The notes below the pieces were generated by a model. The model was not told where the DNA came from. It did no database searches and was given only the letters and a program-made list of their open reading frames with translations. The position numbers and the translations under genes are program-made. A stretch of DNA of 63,727 nucleotides, the filler included, from Folioceros fuciformis (lineage: Eukaryota): the NCBI GenBank assembly GCA_049999805.1. It is 16 parts of 16 records of this genome, joined end to end, with 100 filler letters (N's around TTAATTAATTAA, not from the genome) between each part and the next. Parts side by side here need not be neighbours in the genome. Positions count along the whole stretch, not along the records: positions 35,351 to 45,073 come from JBNGIO010003683.1; positions 45,174 to 46,848 come from JBNGIO010003684.1; positions 46,949 to 53,804 come from JBNGIO010003685.1; 13 more parts are not named here. One strand, written 5' to 3'. Positions 35,677-47,216 of the stretch are shown in pieces; within the stretch, counting starts at the first letter, position 1, and each line of letters opens with the position of its first letter.

Positions 35677-36846
35677 TCAGTCATAGGGTCCCGAGGGATT
35701 GAGTTGCTTGAGAAGCCCAGCGTATGTGAGGTAGAGGACACGGTCCTTAGCCCCAGTGCGGTGTCTGCGGTTATGCTTGCAGAAGTACTTGAGCTGGTCC
35801 AGAGTGCAGAGGCCCAGAGTCTGGGTGAGCAGCAGGAAGAGCCAGTTGATGTGGCGCTTGCGGCCATCGATAACAGGCTTGACGCAATCTGTCTGGTGGC
35901 ACATGGAGCAGTCCAGCAGGCGCGGCACCATCCAGATCTTGGGAGCCCTGTCGTGCATGGAACCCTTGTTGGCCAGAAAATATCTGCTGACCTGGACAAA
36001 ATTGCCCTACAGACAAAGACAATCCAAGCCCAAGCACCCGAGGCAAGCGCATGGATCAGTCCCAGACTTCCACAACCAGCCGCAAGGCTGCAAGCGTGCA
36101 AGGTGCCAGATTTTGTGGCTGGCTTAGAAGTCTAGCGTCACACACAGAGCGACAGGCCAGCACACATGTACAGTACTTGGACACGACACGGTAAGGCTTG
36201 CGCAGGCTTCCAAGTTTGCAGCTTGACCAACCTCGAGATCAACGGGCACCACCTGGAGGCCGTCGCAGCGCTTGCACATCACCTCTCCCTCAATTCTCTG
36301 AATCCCGGCCCCCGCCAGCACGTCCAGCGAGTGCACCACCGCCCGCCGACTAGTAGCCCACTCGAAGGGCGGTTTAATCTCGTCATCCTTGGGCCCAGAA
36401 GACTGCTCCGCCGACGTCTGTGACCTCCTGGAAGATCGACTGCCTCTCCCCTCCTGCTGCGCCACAAACACACAGACGCAAACGAACGGAGGCCACAACA
36501 ATCAGACTCAGACCCACCCACGGACACATAATCCTAGTCTCACCGTCCACCGCATCCTTCACAATTCACGTAATCACGTCCAAAATGACGTGAATCTCTC
36601 AGCCCCGTCGTTCATCGCCCACACTGCGGGGGACCCACAACTGGACGAATTCCAGCACACCTGATGCAAGCTTGAGTGCAAATGTGAGGCGGCAGGTGGG
36701 GAGCGGGAATTTGCCTGCGGGGACTCATCGGTGTAGCTGGCGGCGGCGGTGGAGGAGCCCGAAGAGGAGGCGCCCCAGCGCCGGGAACTGGAACCCGGCG
36801 GCGACAGCGTTAGCCGCAGCGCCTCCTCGTCCCCCGAATCCGACAT
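35677..36846 (-). CDS. DUF7086-type plant protein (At1g49330/At2g16190-like), at least 3 exons
   Basis: Exons ~36846-36661, 36456-36232 and 36006-35677 with GT-AG. Motifs PPFEWATSRRAVVHSL, GEVMCKRC, MHDRAP..W, INWLFLLL..LG.CTLDQLKYFCKH..HRTGAKDRVLYLTY. The 5' end may extend further. Confidence 0.85.
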
Positions 36847-39800
36847 GGCTTGCACCCGCTACTGCCTCACATTGCTCACTGCCCAGAGGGAGCGGAGCCA
36901 GCGCTACAGCTGCGCCCGCCACCCGGCCCACTTGCAGCCTCGCCCACCTTCGTGTAGCTCCCAGTACTGCTCCTGCTCCTTTACTACCTACACCGTCTCC
37001 TGGTCCTGGTCCTGGTCCTGCTCCTTTACCTCCTCCTCCTTCCGCTGTAGCTCCACTCGCTCCGCTTCCCTCTTGCCCCTTATGCTTCTGCTCCTGCTGC
37101 TGCTGCTTCCAAGGCTGCCAGTGCTGGCGCTGCCGCATCTCAGCTCATGCAAGAGGGAGGGGGCGCGCGGAGCCGCGGGAATGGACGACCGTCCAATTGC
37201 GGCGACGATCCGGTGGCCCGACGCTGCTGTTTCTGCTTCTGCTGCAGCTGCCTACCTCCCATGCCCGCCGCCGTAGCTGCCTCTGCTGCTCCTGCCGATG
37301 CTGCCAATTTGTGGTCGCATTGCATCGGCAGGGAGAGGAGCAGGCCGCATTGCCGTCAGAAGCAGACGAGACGCGCAGCCCGAGCCGGAGCCCCACCCCA
37401 ACCCCGACCCCAACCGAGGCCTTCACTCTGNNNNNNNNNNNNNNNNNNNNNNNNNNNNNNNNNNNNNNNNNNNNNNNNNNNNNNNNNNNNNNNNNNNNNN
37501 NNNNNNNNNNNNNNNNNNNNNNNNNNNNNNGCCCCAGCCCAAGCCCCAGCCCCAGCTCCAGCCTCAGCCCCAGCTCCTGCCCTGCCTCTGCCCCTGGCGC
37601 TGCCCCAGTCCCAGCCGGTGCCTTCCTCCAACCCGAGACCCGACCCGACCCAACCCGCCGGGCCCGGCCTCACTTTGGTGGTCCCATGTGTGTGTGAGCA
37701 AATCAAGGGCCTGGCCCAAGCTACTATATGCCTCCTTTTGCGTGGCTGCAAACTTGGCGTCCCATAAAGCCGCCATTTGCGGCCCCATCGATGCCTTTTT
37801 CTATATTATTCTACTCTTTTCATGGCTATCCCTCTTTTTCTGCTCCTCCATTCATTCATCTTCTGCTCCCTCCCTTCCTCGTGCGCTTAACCCCTCTCCT
37901 TAATCCAGACAAACCCTTTTCCCACCATCACTATTGATTATATGTACACCAATCCTTAGCAACAGGTCAGTCAATCTCTCCCACCTTCTTCCACCAGCAT
38001 CAATTTTCCACAAGTTTCATCAAGTTTTAAAAGGTGAATAAATTTCTAGCTAAGGATCATGGACTAGGGACAAATCTTAAGTACGTATGCATGCGCCGTC
38101 ATGAATTAGCAACAGGATAGGGAAGTTTTCTATTTATGCAACCAACCATCATCTGATTGACCTATCCTAACTGAAGTACGAACCAGTCAGAAGTCAGTCA
38201 ATCCTCCACACTGAAACTTGGAGAAGACACTCAAAGGAAAGGAAAGTTTTGAACAACAGAACATTCACTCTACATCCACCCACCGTCCCAGGGGATAAAT
38301 TTTTAAGTACATGAAAAGTCAAGAGTCAAGTCAGTCAATCCGGTTGAATAATGCACGTGCACATATAGTACTGGAGGAGGAGGAGTTGGAGCCGCAGCTG
38401 GAACTAGAACTGGTAAGCACTAGTGACGAGAAACACATTGGGCTTTCTTGTGTTTGAATAATAAAGTTGAATCTCGCACGTGCACAAACTTTGTTCTGCG
38501 TGTGGAACAGCATGGGAAGAGAAGAGAAGAGAAGAGAAGAGAAGGATTGGGCAAAGGAGGTGATAAACTCTAGCCATGAGGAGTGTCTGGTTCCGACCCT
38601 TGGCATGAACAATAAACTAGGACAAAAAAGTGGCGGCATCTGTGCAAGGAAGACGGAAAGGCATGGAGAGAAATGTATATCTGTCCTTGTCCTAGGCGTT
38701 AGGATTCATATTAGAACAGGCAGTACAAACAAAGATGAGGAGTGTTAGGTACATGGGTACAAACATAAACATTGTGAAAACGTAACAGGTTCTTGCTGAC
38801 ACATCCAACACTACTTTACAATATTCTTCTATGAAGGTTCCAAGAATCTTGGTCTGATGTACTTGGAAGGTACTGCCCGTGGTGGTAGAGAGACTATTAA
38901 TAGATTAGGTCAGTTTCTTAATCCTTGTTAAAGGGCTGCGCAGACCTTTTTAATGCTCCCTAAGGACAGTATTCTACATTAGGAGGAGACTGGTTCTTTT
39001 TGCACATGGGCTTTTCACCCATACTCAATGGTACAATAGGACTGCAAGACATGACGCGATGTTTCAGGCTTTGAGGTTATTGTACTTGTCCTCTTCTGAG
39101 CATTAAATGCCATGGAGTGTTTGGGGGAAAGGAGAGCACAGGAGAGGAGAGGAAGAGATACGGAAAAGTGCCCACATCTTGTGTATGTTTCTTGGGTTTA
39201 AAATAATAATAAAAATAGTACCACATATATGTGTCCACATGTACTGGATTCTTTGCCAGAACGATGGTGGCATGAATAAAAGAGGGAAATCGGATAAACA
39301 ATGCCCGTCCAGAGCAGGCTGGCTGCCTGGCTGGCTGGCTCCGACGCTGCAGGGTGTTCAACAGGCCTTTCATTAATAATCGATTTTGAATGAGAAGACC
39401 AATAATGGCATAAATCAAAGGGAGCGTGTCTTTTAGTAAAGGGAGGAGCTGGTGGGCTGGGCTACGAGGAGGGAAGGAAAAAGGTGAACAAGGGTGTGGG
39501 GAGGCGGGTTTAGTGGGCTGCCGGTTACCAGTTACCGGTTACCGGTTGGGGTTTGCGGCTTTATGCTTGCGTTGAGGAATGAAGGCGGGCGATGATGAGG
39601 TGCGGTCTCTGCAAAAGCCCGAGACCTGGGTGACTAAAGTACAGTGCGATGGCGGGGCTGGGGACACGGACTGCGCGAAACGGCTGGGTGCGAGCCCCGA
39701 GGGAACGCCACATGGTGCAGACTGGTAGCCTGTCACGCTTCGCCCCGGGCTTCTGGCTGGTAGGCCTTGCCTTATCCCGGGCCTCCCGACGTGGCGCGGC

Positions 39801-42040
39801 CGAAATGGGAGATGAAGCAATGGAATCGCCGCAGGGCAAGGCAGGGCACGGCAGGGCAGGGCAGGCCAGGCAGGCCAGGCAGGCCAGGCCAGGCCGGGCC
39901 AGTCCAGGCCAGGCAGCCTGCGCCCACGCCGTGCCTGAGCACCGTCGCCACTACTCTCCTCTGATGAAGAGAGCGCTCCTGCCGCTGCCTCCCGCTCTCT
40001 GTCACACAGGGCGGGCTCCACCTCCTGCTGCTCCGCCGGCGCCCTAGGCCTGCCGTCACAGCCCACAATTGCATTTCTTGGCATAAAGATAATAACGAGG
40101 GGGGCGGGGGATGGAGGGCTGGGGACGGGGGGCGGGAGGCGGGCCGTGGGGGTTCGAGGCAGTGGCACCGGCACCGGCACTGGCAGTGGAAGGGAGGCCA
40201 AGAGGAAATGGAGAAAGGAAAGGCGGGCGAGGGACAGGGGTTTAAACCAATTGACGCGAAGGAAGGATCGAAGGGAAGGGAAGGCCAAGGAGCGAGCAGT
40301 AGAGGGAAGACAGGCCCAGAGTGCGAACACAAACTGGACGAAAGGGAGAATGTTTGACCTGCCCGCAGCATGCAGCACGCAGACCGCAGCTGGCTTGGGC
40401 CTTTTGTCGTCGTGGTAGGTACCTTCCCTGGCCTTGTCCCGTAGCATCTCCACCTTTGTCGCGCCTTTCCAGATCAGCCACTACTTGTATGCCTGGTGGC
40501 GCTACCCCATGAACAGTGCCACTCGCACAGCACTTGCGCTGCTGCCCCACTGGAACTGCAGCCCGCACTGCAGCGTAGACTCGAGGTGGCGACTCGGTTG
40601 TAACTGGTGGCGACCTCCCTCTGGCTCCACCTGTGCCGTGTTGTGCTGCCTGGTATAGTGCAGGCCTCCGGGGTGTTTCTAGTTTGGGGCATATCCGGGT
40701 GTGGAACGGAGGTGCGTATAGCAGGTGGAGGTGCATAGCCGCACGCAACTTGTTCAACTTGTTGCGGCCGCATCCCGATGTACATCTCCTCCTACTCTTT
40801 CCGCCAGACAGCGGCCCGCCATGGCCTAGCATAGGCTAAAGCAAGGAGTAGGGATGCAGAGCGGATCAGATCTCCATCTCGCCTTTGATGACGCTGCGGC
40901 TGCCTACACGGCCTCGGCTGCATCATTGATCTGTGTTAACTATGTTGTTGCCAACCCCCGTGCCGCACAGTTTACAAGACTGATTGTTGTCAAACTGCAC
41001 GACAGCAGCGTCCGTCGGGGGCTGTGATGCGTGTGACAAAGCATGTGCGGCACTCGGCGACCTCCAGCTTCAGCTGCAAAATTCAGCTGCTCTCCCCGTC
41101 TTTGTAGGAGGCCGTCTCTTCTTTGCCTGCAGATATGCCAAATCGTGGCCACAGGCAGAGAAACCTGTTTGCCTGCTTCCTGTTGCCTGTTGGGGTTATA
41201 TTTGAGGGAATCTGAGCATTGCAGGAAATGGAAATCAAGGCGGCTTGGGAATCTCACCAATTTGTTTGCCCCGCAACAAAATAGGCCTGCGTGTGTCATC
41301 GTGCAGCGACCGATTCCCTGGACAAACATCTATCCGACAAGCTTTACTCTCCACAATCTTCACCAGCAACGTGTCTCTCAGTCTTTTTTATCATTCGCTC
41401 ATCATGGAGACGTCACACCTCTCCCTCAATCGTCGCGCTTCCTCTCAGTCCAACTCTCGAGGCACGCCATGGCACAGAGACACTCATGGCGCTCATTCCC
41501 CTCTCGCCTCGTGTGTCACGATGCTCAGTTGCATACAAGCTTCACACACAGAGACACACACCTCGCATACAGTGGACACGGACACCCTTCTCGATGTTGC
41601 ATCATACATCTTATTACGTAGGCCGCAAAAGTGCGGCAACACCTGGAGAAGACTGACTGTCCATGAGTTGTAGGAGTCTTTCCGAGGTCGCCGACGACCT
41701 CGGTGTGAAGAACCAGGTCAGTCCAGTCAAGTGCCTCCTAACAATGCCGTAAGAGCAAGGGCATCTGTTGCGGACCTGGCCGGACTACCAGTTGGAATAC
41801 CAGTTGGAAATGCAGAGAGGTCAGGGGCATCTGGTTCACCACCAACAGCCAATGGGCGTCCGACCGAAAGGCTACAAATACAGCGAATGAGATCTGCGAA
41901 CGACGCTTTCTCCTTCGCACACATCTGCCTGCTAAGCAGTTGACCCTGCCACAAGTTCGCTCCAGGGAGACCCCCCCCGCACGCTGATGCCAAAAAGTCC
42001 GCCACACTTGGACATGTTGAGACAGGCATTGTCTGCTTCT

Positions 42041-44429
42041 TTACGCAGTTGACTCTGCCCACAGTTCGCCCCATGGAGTACCGCAAGCTGAAGCGCACGT
42101 CCGCCAGCATTTGAAGATGTTCATCAAACCAATTTCCGTAGGGTTGGCAATGTAAGTCTGGCGACGGTGAAGGACCTTCACAAACTCCTCCGTGCTCAGA
42201 TTCCCATCATTATTAAGGTCGAATACATGATAGATGATGTCCACTAAAACATCAGACACCGGCACATTGCACACCTGCACATCGCTTCGAGTCAGCAAAC
42301 CACTGATGGAGCAAACAAGCGGAGATACCACTCCTACCACTGCTGGTACGGCCGTACCTGAGAAGAAGCGCGTTGGAAGTCTTTCTTGGTCAAGAGCCCA
42401 TGGCATTTACCAAAGCTATCTAAAGCCACTGACAATGTGGGTAGCTTCTTTCTCAGCTCCGCAAACTTTTGGAACTCCTGGAATTCCCACCGTACACCTT
42501 TCAGATTCAAAAACATACACACGATCCCAGTCTTCACCACCAACATTTGCATTTGGCAGTTCTCCTGACCAGATCCAAGTTTTCATAGCCAACAAGGGAA
42601 AACGTCTCTACCTCTGGAGTTACTCGCACATTCTCGAATCTTGGGTTGTATGCCATTGCATCAACACGGTCCAGAAATGTTTTCAACGAGGTCAAATCCG
42701 CTGATGCAACAAGTGAAAGGGCAAAATCACGGGCCGAAATGGTTCCTGTCTGCTTGAAGTCATAATGTGCGAACTCCAGACGGACGATCTGAAACAGAAA
42801 CTCAATGAGCTGATATCATACAGGTACTAAATTAGGCAAATGAGCAATTTCTGCACCACCAATATGGAGACTAAAGGAAGATCAACACTGCTCAAAACAC
42901 AACGATCCCCAGGCACAGGCAGACGAGGAAAACCAATGGCTTCAAACCTCATCATGCAGCTCCCTCAAGAACCCCTCAAAATCCTCATGTTTCAACCGAG
43001 CTGTCCCATCCGGTCCGAAGAACAACTCCACCAGGCCGCCATTTTCAACAGAGTCTGGCACCGCCAATCCTGTTCTACGACCATCACGTTGTGCAACACC
43101 TTGTCGGTGGCGGGACCGCATTACTCCCATAACCTTTTTGAACTCACTCCTCTCAATTGTACTGTAAAAAGCCCAGGATTCCTACTTGAGTTTCACAAAC
43201 TCCAAAGCCTTTCAAACTAAAGCAAATTGAGAGTTAGGTCATGTTGAAAGCTTCACCCGTTCCCATCTAGATCAAACATCTTGAATGCTGTCTTGAAATT
43301 TCTCTCTGGGATACTAAGCAATGTCACAAAGAATATATACCTGCAACCACAACCTCACACTGGTCAGTCGAATTGGACTAGACCATACATGCAACATTTC
43401 CTGCGAGTAGATCCTGTCTTCAGGTAGATTGAAGATAAAAACTCAGGTTGCGTAGGTCCCTATCACTCACTCTGGGAACGATATAAGACCGTCTCCATTC
43501 GTATCAAACAGCATAAAGAACGGGGAGGGCGGGCAAAAAAGTTCTCCAGGCGGCCTCTCACCACTGAGATGCCCTTCTCTTATATAAGTCGACTCTGATG
43601 GAGGAAACACCGGCACTACAGCTCTCATCAAATCACCAGGGGTCATGAAAAATGACTGCCCCTCGGCATTCTTGACAGAAGAGAAATACTCGAACACCTG
43701 GAGGACAAACACACCCGTGTCAGGAATCTTCGTCCAGAACCTCGTCTGGAACCAGACGAATACCACATTTGACATTAGAACCAGTATGTTCATGCAAGTT
43801 CCCCGAGCGCGAACCTTTCAGCGTGCACAGCAGAAGCAGTCCCCAAACAGCCATCTGCTCACTGTCCAAGGAAAGACGCGACTTGCAGTTGGCAAGAAAA
43901 TTTTACCTTTTCAGGAGGACTCAACATCCGCATCCTTTGCTCATAGTTGAAAAAGACACGCTTGCGATACGAGGCTGATGTCAAGAAAAAAATGAGCTCC
44001 ATTTCCGCACCATAGGATCTAAGCCAAAACGTCAGGGACAGGACGGAGACGGACAGGATTCAGAACGCACTAACAAGCAGGCTTACCACCAAGTATGAAC
44101 TTCGTCTTCTTCCCATCCAAGGGCACAGAGGCCGCCGAATCGCCTTCCCGCACTTCAATTTCCTGCGTTCCCTCGCTCCTGCTTTCCCTCACCAGCAACG
44201 ATCCAGCTCCTGTGGCCAGCAACGCAGCACTTCCTCCCAGCAACTTCCAATTCCTCGAAGATTCTTCTCCCTCCCCTGCCTTCTCCGGCCTCCGTGTCAC
44301 GGTACCAGCGGCATACATCCCAGACCCCGCTCCACTATCCAACTCCGCCGCAGAAGCGCTGGAAAGTCTTGATGAAGAAAACTGCGCACATCCAGAGGCA
44401 ATCCTCCTGGAAGCCGCTCGAAGGGCCAT
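42041..44429 (-). CDS. MICU: Mitochondrial calcium uptake protein (EF-hand), 8 exons
   Basis: Exons 44429-44087, 43974-43907, 43697-43471, ~43340-43257, ~43161-42948, ~42788-42612, ~42477-42358 and ~42273-42041. Transit-like MALRAASRR. Motifs [53 protein letters not shown] and [10 protein letters not shown]. Confidence 0.93.
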
Positions 44430-45173
44430 GATCCTTTTCCACCTCCTTCTCCCGTCTCCTCGCACAGAATGCGCCGATCCAAGCTAATTCCCAGCAAAGC
44501 TTTCCTGCAGCATCCAGGCCCAGCAAGTTGGAAATCGCTCACTGAAGCTCCAGCTTCGCCAATCCCTAACAGCACGCCGGGCCGTGGCAATCGCGCCCCT
44601 AACCCCAAGCGCTCACAGGCATGTGCACCCGGCGCATCCGGGGCACCTGCCGTGCGGGCAGCGCAGCAAGCACCTTTGCGAATGTGGCAGAAGCCGAAGA
44701 ATCAGCAACCTCAGCGCACGAGTAGGTAGTCCATTCGGCTGGAAGGAAGCAGCCCTGTTATCCAGGTAACTGATAAAAGCTAGATAAGTTTCCAGACTTC
44801 GAGTGCAGTATCTTCTATCAGCGGGCACGCAAATAAATGCACTAGTCCTCTGAGGTCGCGGTCTTGCATAGTATCTGTAATGTGACACTACCTACCTACA
44901 TATACTAACTATTAAGTAGCTTATTTGTATATTTAATTTACTTATTGTTTACCTGAACATTGACCGTGTTAGTTTATAAGGGTTGTCCCACCTTGTTATT
45001 AGGAATTTTATTTTTTTCTTGATAATATTTTTTTATTTTCATTTAAACTTTTTATATATTTTAAAATACCTAGNNNNNNNNNNNNNNNNNNNNNNNNNNN
45101 NNNNNNNNNNNNNNNNNTTAATTAATTAANNNNNNNNNNNNNNNNNNNNNNNNNNNNNNNNNNNNNNNNNNNN

Positions 45174-46014
45174 TCTTCACGAGCTCTTATGGTCTGTCCC
45201 TGCTTGGTCTAGGACCTGCAGTGTGTTGCCGGCTGTGCAACGTCTGGTAGGATCGCAAGCCGTGTGTTGCCGGCTGTGCAGTGTCTGGTAGGATTGCAGG
45301 CAGCGTGTTGCCGGCTGTACAGTGTTTGGTAGGATCACAAGGTGTAATGACCAGGGTGAAGGGGCTTGCCCCTAGCTCTTGATTGTAAAGGATGTGTCTT
45401 TCTCTCGACCTGTCCACTCTTGTTCCTTGCTTGGACAAGTGCTGGAGGCCGGCCATGTCTCATGGCATCTGGTAAGGTTGTGGGGAGGAGATATCCAAGA
45501 GGGGAGTGTGTTCCCTTCTTTCTTTTCTTTGGGGTTAGTCTAGTGACTCTTGCCGGGTAGGAGGAGTCAGTAGGGAAGTGTAGAAGGTAGTGGTGTCATT
45601 GTTAATTGCTGGTGTTGGTGTTGGAGTGAGAGAGTGAGCGAAGTGAGTGAGGGAAGTCGCAGATCTAAGAGGTTAGGGTCGTTGTAGTGACTGGAGTGAG
45701 TTTGTGGGCACCGAGAGAGGTGCAGCTGACCGCTGGACAGCGAGGACTGTCCTACGCCTGATCGGAGCTGGAGGGGAGCNNNNNNNNNNNNNNNNNNNNN
45801 NNNNNNNNNNNNNNNNNNNNNNNNNNNNNNNNNNNNNNNNNNNNNNNNNNNNNNNNNNNNNNNNNNNNNNNNNNNNNNNCCTCCATCCACAGCAGCAAGG
45901 AACCCCATCGCTCCTTCGTGGGAATGAAACCCAATGTCTCAACGATAGTGGGATAAGTGTGGCCACTAAAGGTGGAACCCGTTGGCAATCAATGCCCGGG
46001 GTTTTGCCTCCACA
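45174..46014 (+). mobile_element. LTR family B (3' portion)
   Basis: Matches 3079-3712, ends TTTTGCCTCCACA, and includes a ~41-bp x3 subrepeat at 45220-45335. Confidence 0.8.
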
Positions 46015-46848
46015 CATGTCCGGGTCAGTAGTCTTGGGTTTACCATTCCGCAGTCTCCCAGACCATGGATTCACCGTTGGTGATTCACCATTGGTCACAT
46101 CCTCACTCTTTGCTGGAGTACTCTTAACAGTACTCTCCCCTATGGGTGCGTCATAGGGTAGTGCAACTGAGTTGCTATACCAGGAGGCTAACTCATTAAA
46201 TACCACATCCATGTTTATCAGGATCTCATGTGTGGATGGCACATAACACTTATATGCCTTCCTATTTCGTGCATACCCCAAAAAAACACTCTTTACTACT
46301 TTAGGATCCATCTTCCTATGCTTCTCATCAGGTACATGCACATATGCAATGCACCCAAACACTTTCAAGTGCCTAATATTCGGCTTATAGCCGTACAGTC
46401 TCTCAATTGGTGTAGCATCATAAATTCCTACCGTAGGAGTTCGATTCAGTACATACACTATTGTCATCACTGCTTCTGCCCAATAATCATTAGGTAAGCA
46501 CTTTTTCATTCAGCATTACCCTTGCTGTTTCCATGACTACCCTGTTCTTCCTCTCTGCAACACCATTCTGCTGTGGTGTGTATCTGCAAGTCAGCTATCT
46601 TCGTATACCATGATCTGCAAGATACTTGTTAAACTCATTTGAGACATATTCTCCCCCTCCATCTGATCTTAGACAAGAGATAGAGCAGTTGAATTCATTT
46701 TCAGCATGCTTTTTGAAGTCCTTAAAAGACTCGAACACTTCATCCTTATGCTTCAGTATGTACAGCCACGTGTACCTGCTGAAATCATCAATGAAGGAGA
46801 CATAGTAGTGGGCTCCTCCAAACGATGCATTATGTGAAGGACCCCATA
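46015..46848 (-). mobile_element. Ty1/Copia integrase fragment
   Basis: FIDDFSRYTW, LRSDGGGEY, YTPQQNGVAERKNR, YWAEAV, LKVFGCIAYVHVP. Confidence 0.95.
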
Positions 46849-47216
46849 NNNNNNNNNNNNNNNNNNNNNNNNNNNNNNNNNNNNNNNNNNNNTTAATTAA
46901 TTAANNNNNNNNNNNNNNNNNNNNNNNNNNNNNNNNNNNNNNNNNNNNGAGATTGGGGAGGCCCGTACGGGAGCGGGAGGGGAGTCGGAGGACTGTAACA
47001 CCACGCTCTCGGGAACGGACTCGAGCGCGCACAGTGATGCGGTGCGGCAACGGCAGAGGCAGCGGCAGGGCTGGAGCTTGGCTGTGCACCGGGAGCGGGA
47101 GCAGCGCCAGGCTTGCGGCTCGCAATCCACCATAGCCACGGATGGGGATGGACATGGCGAAGGTGGAGCAGCAGGGGAGAAGGGGGGCGAGATTCGGGGA
47201 GAGGGATCATGGGAGA

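Noticed and set aside
38900-39110. TAS3-like or miRNA hairpin (TTAATGCTC...GAGCATTAA; weak tasiARF/miR390-site resemblance)
   Set aside because: The pairing is short and gapped, and no proper miR390 complementary site is present.
39539-40832. Long ORFs of 196-304 aa
   Set aside because: Low-complexity, GC-rich open frames with no recognisable domain. The same applies to antisense ORFs over the PPR, LAX2-like and LRR genes.
41682-41703. 9-bp stem hairpin CCGAGGTCG-CCGA-CGACCTCGG
   Set aside because: An isolated short palindrome is expected by chance in GC-rich sequence of this length.
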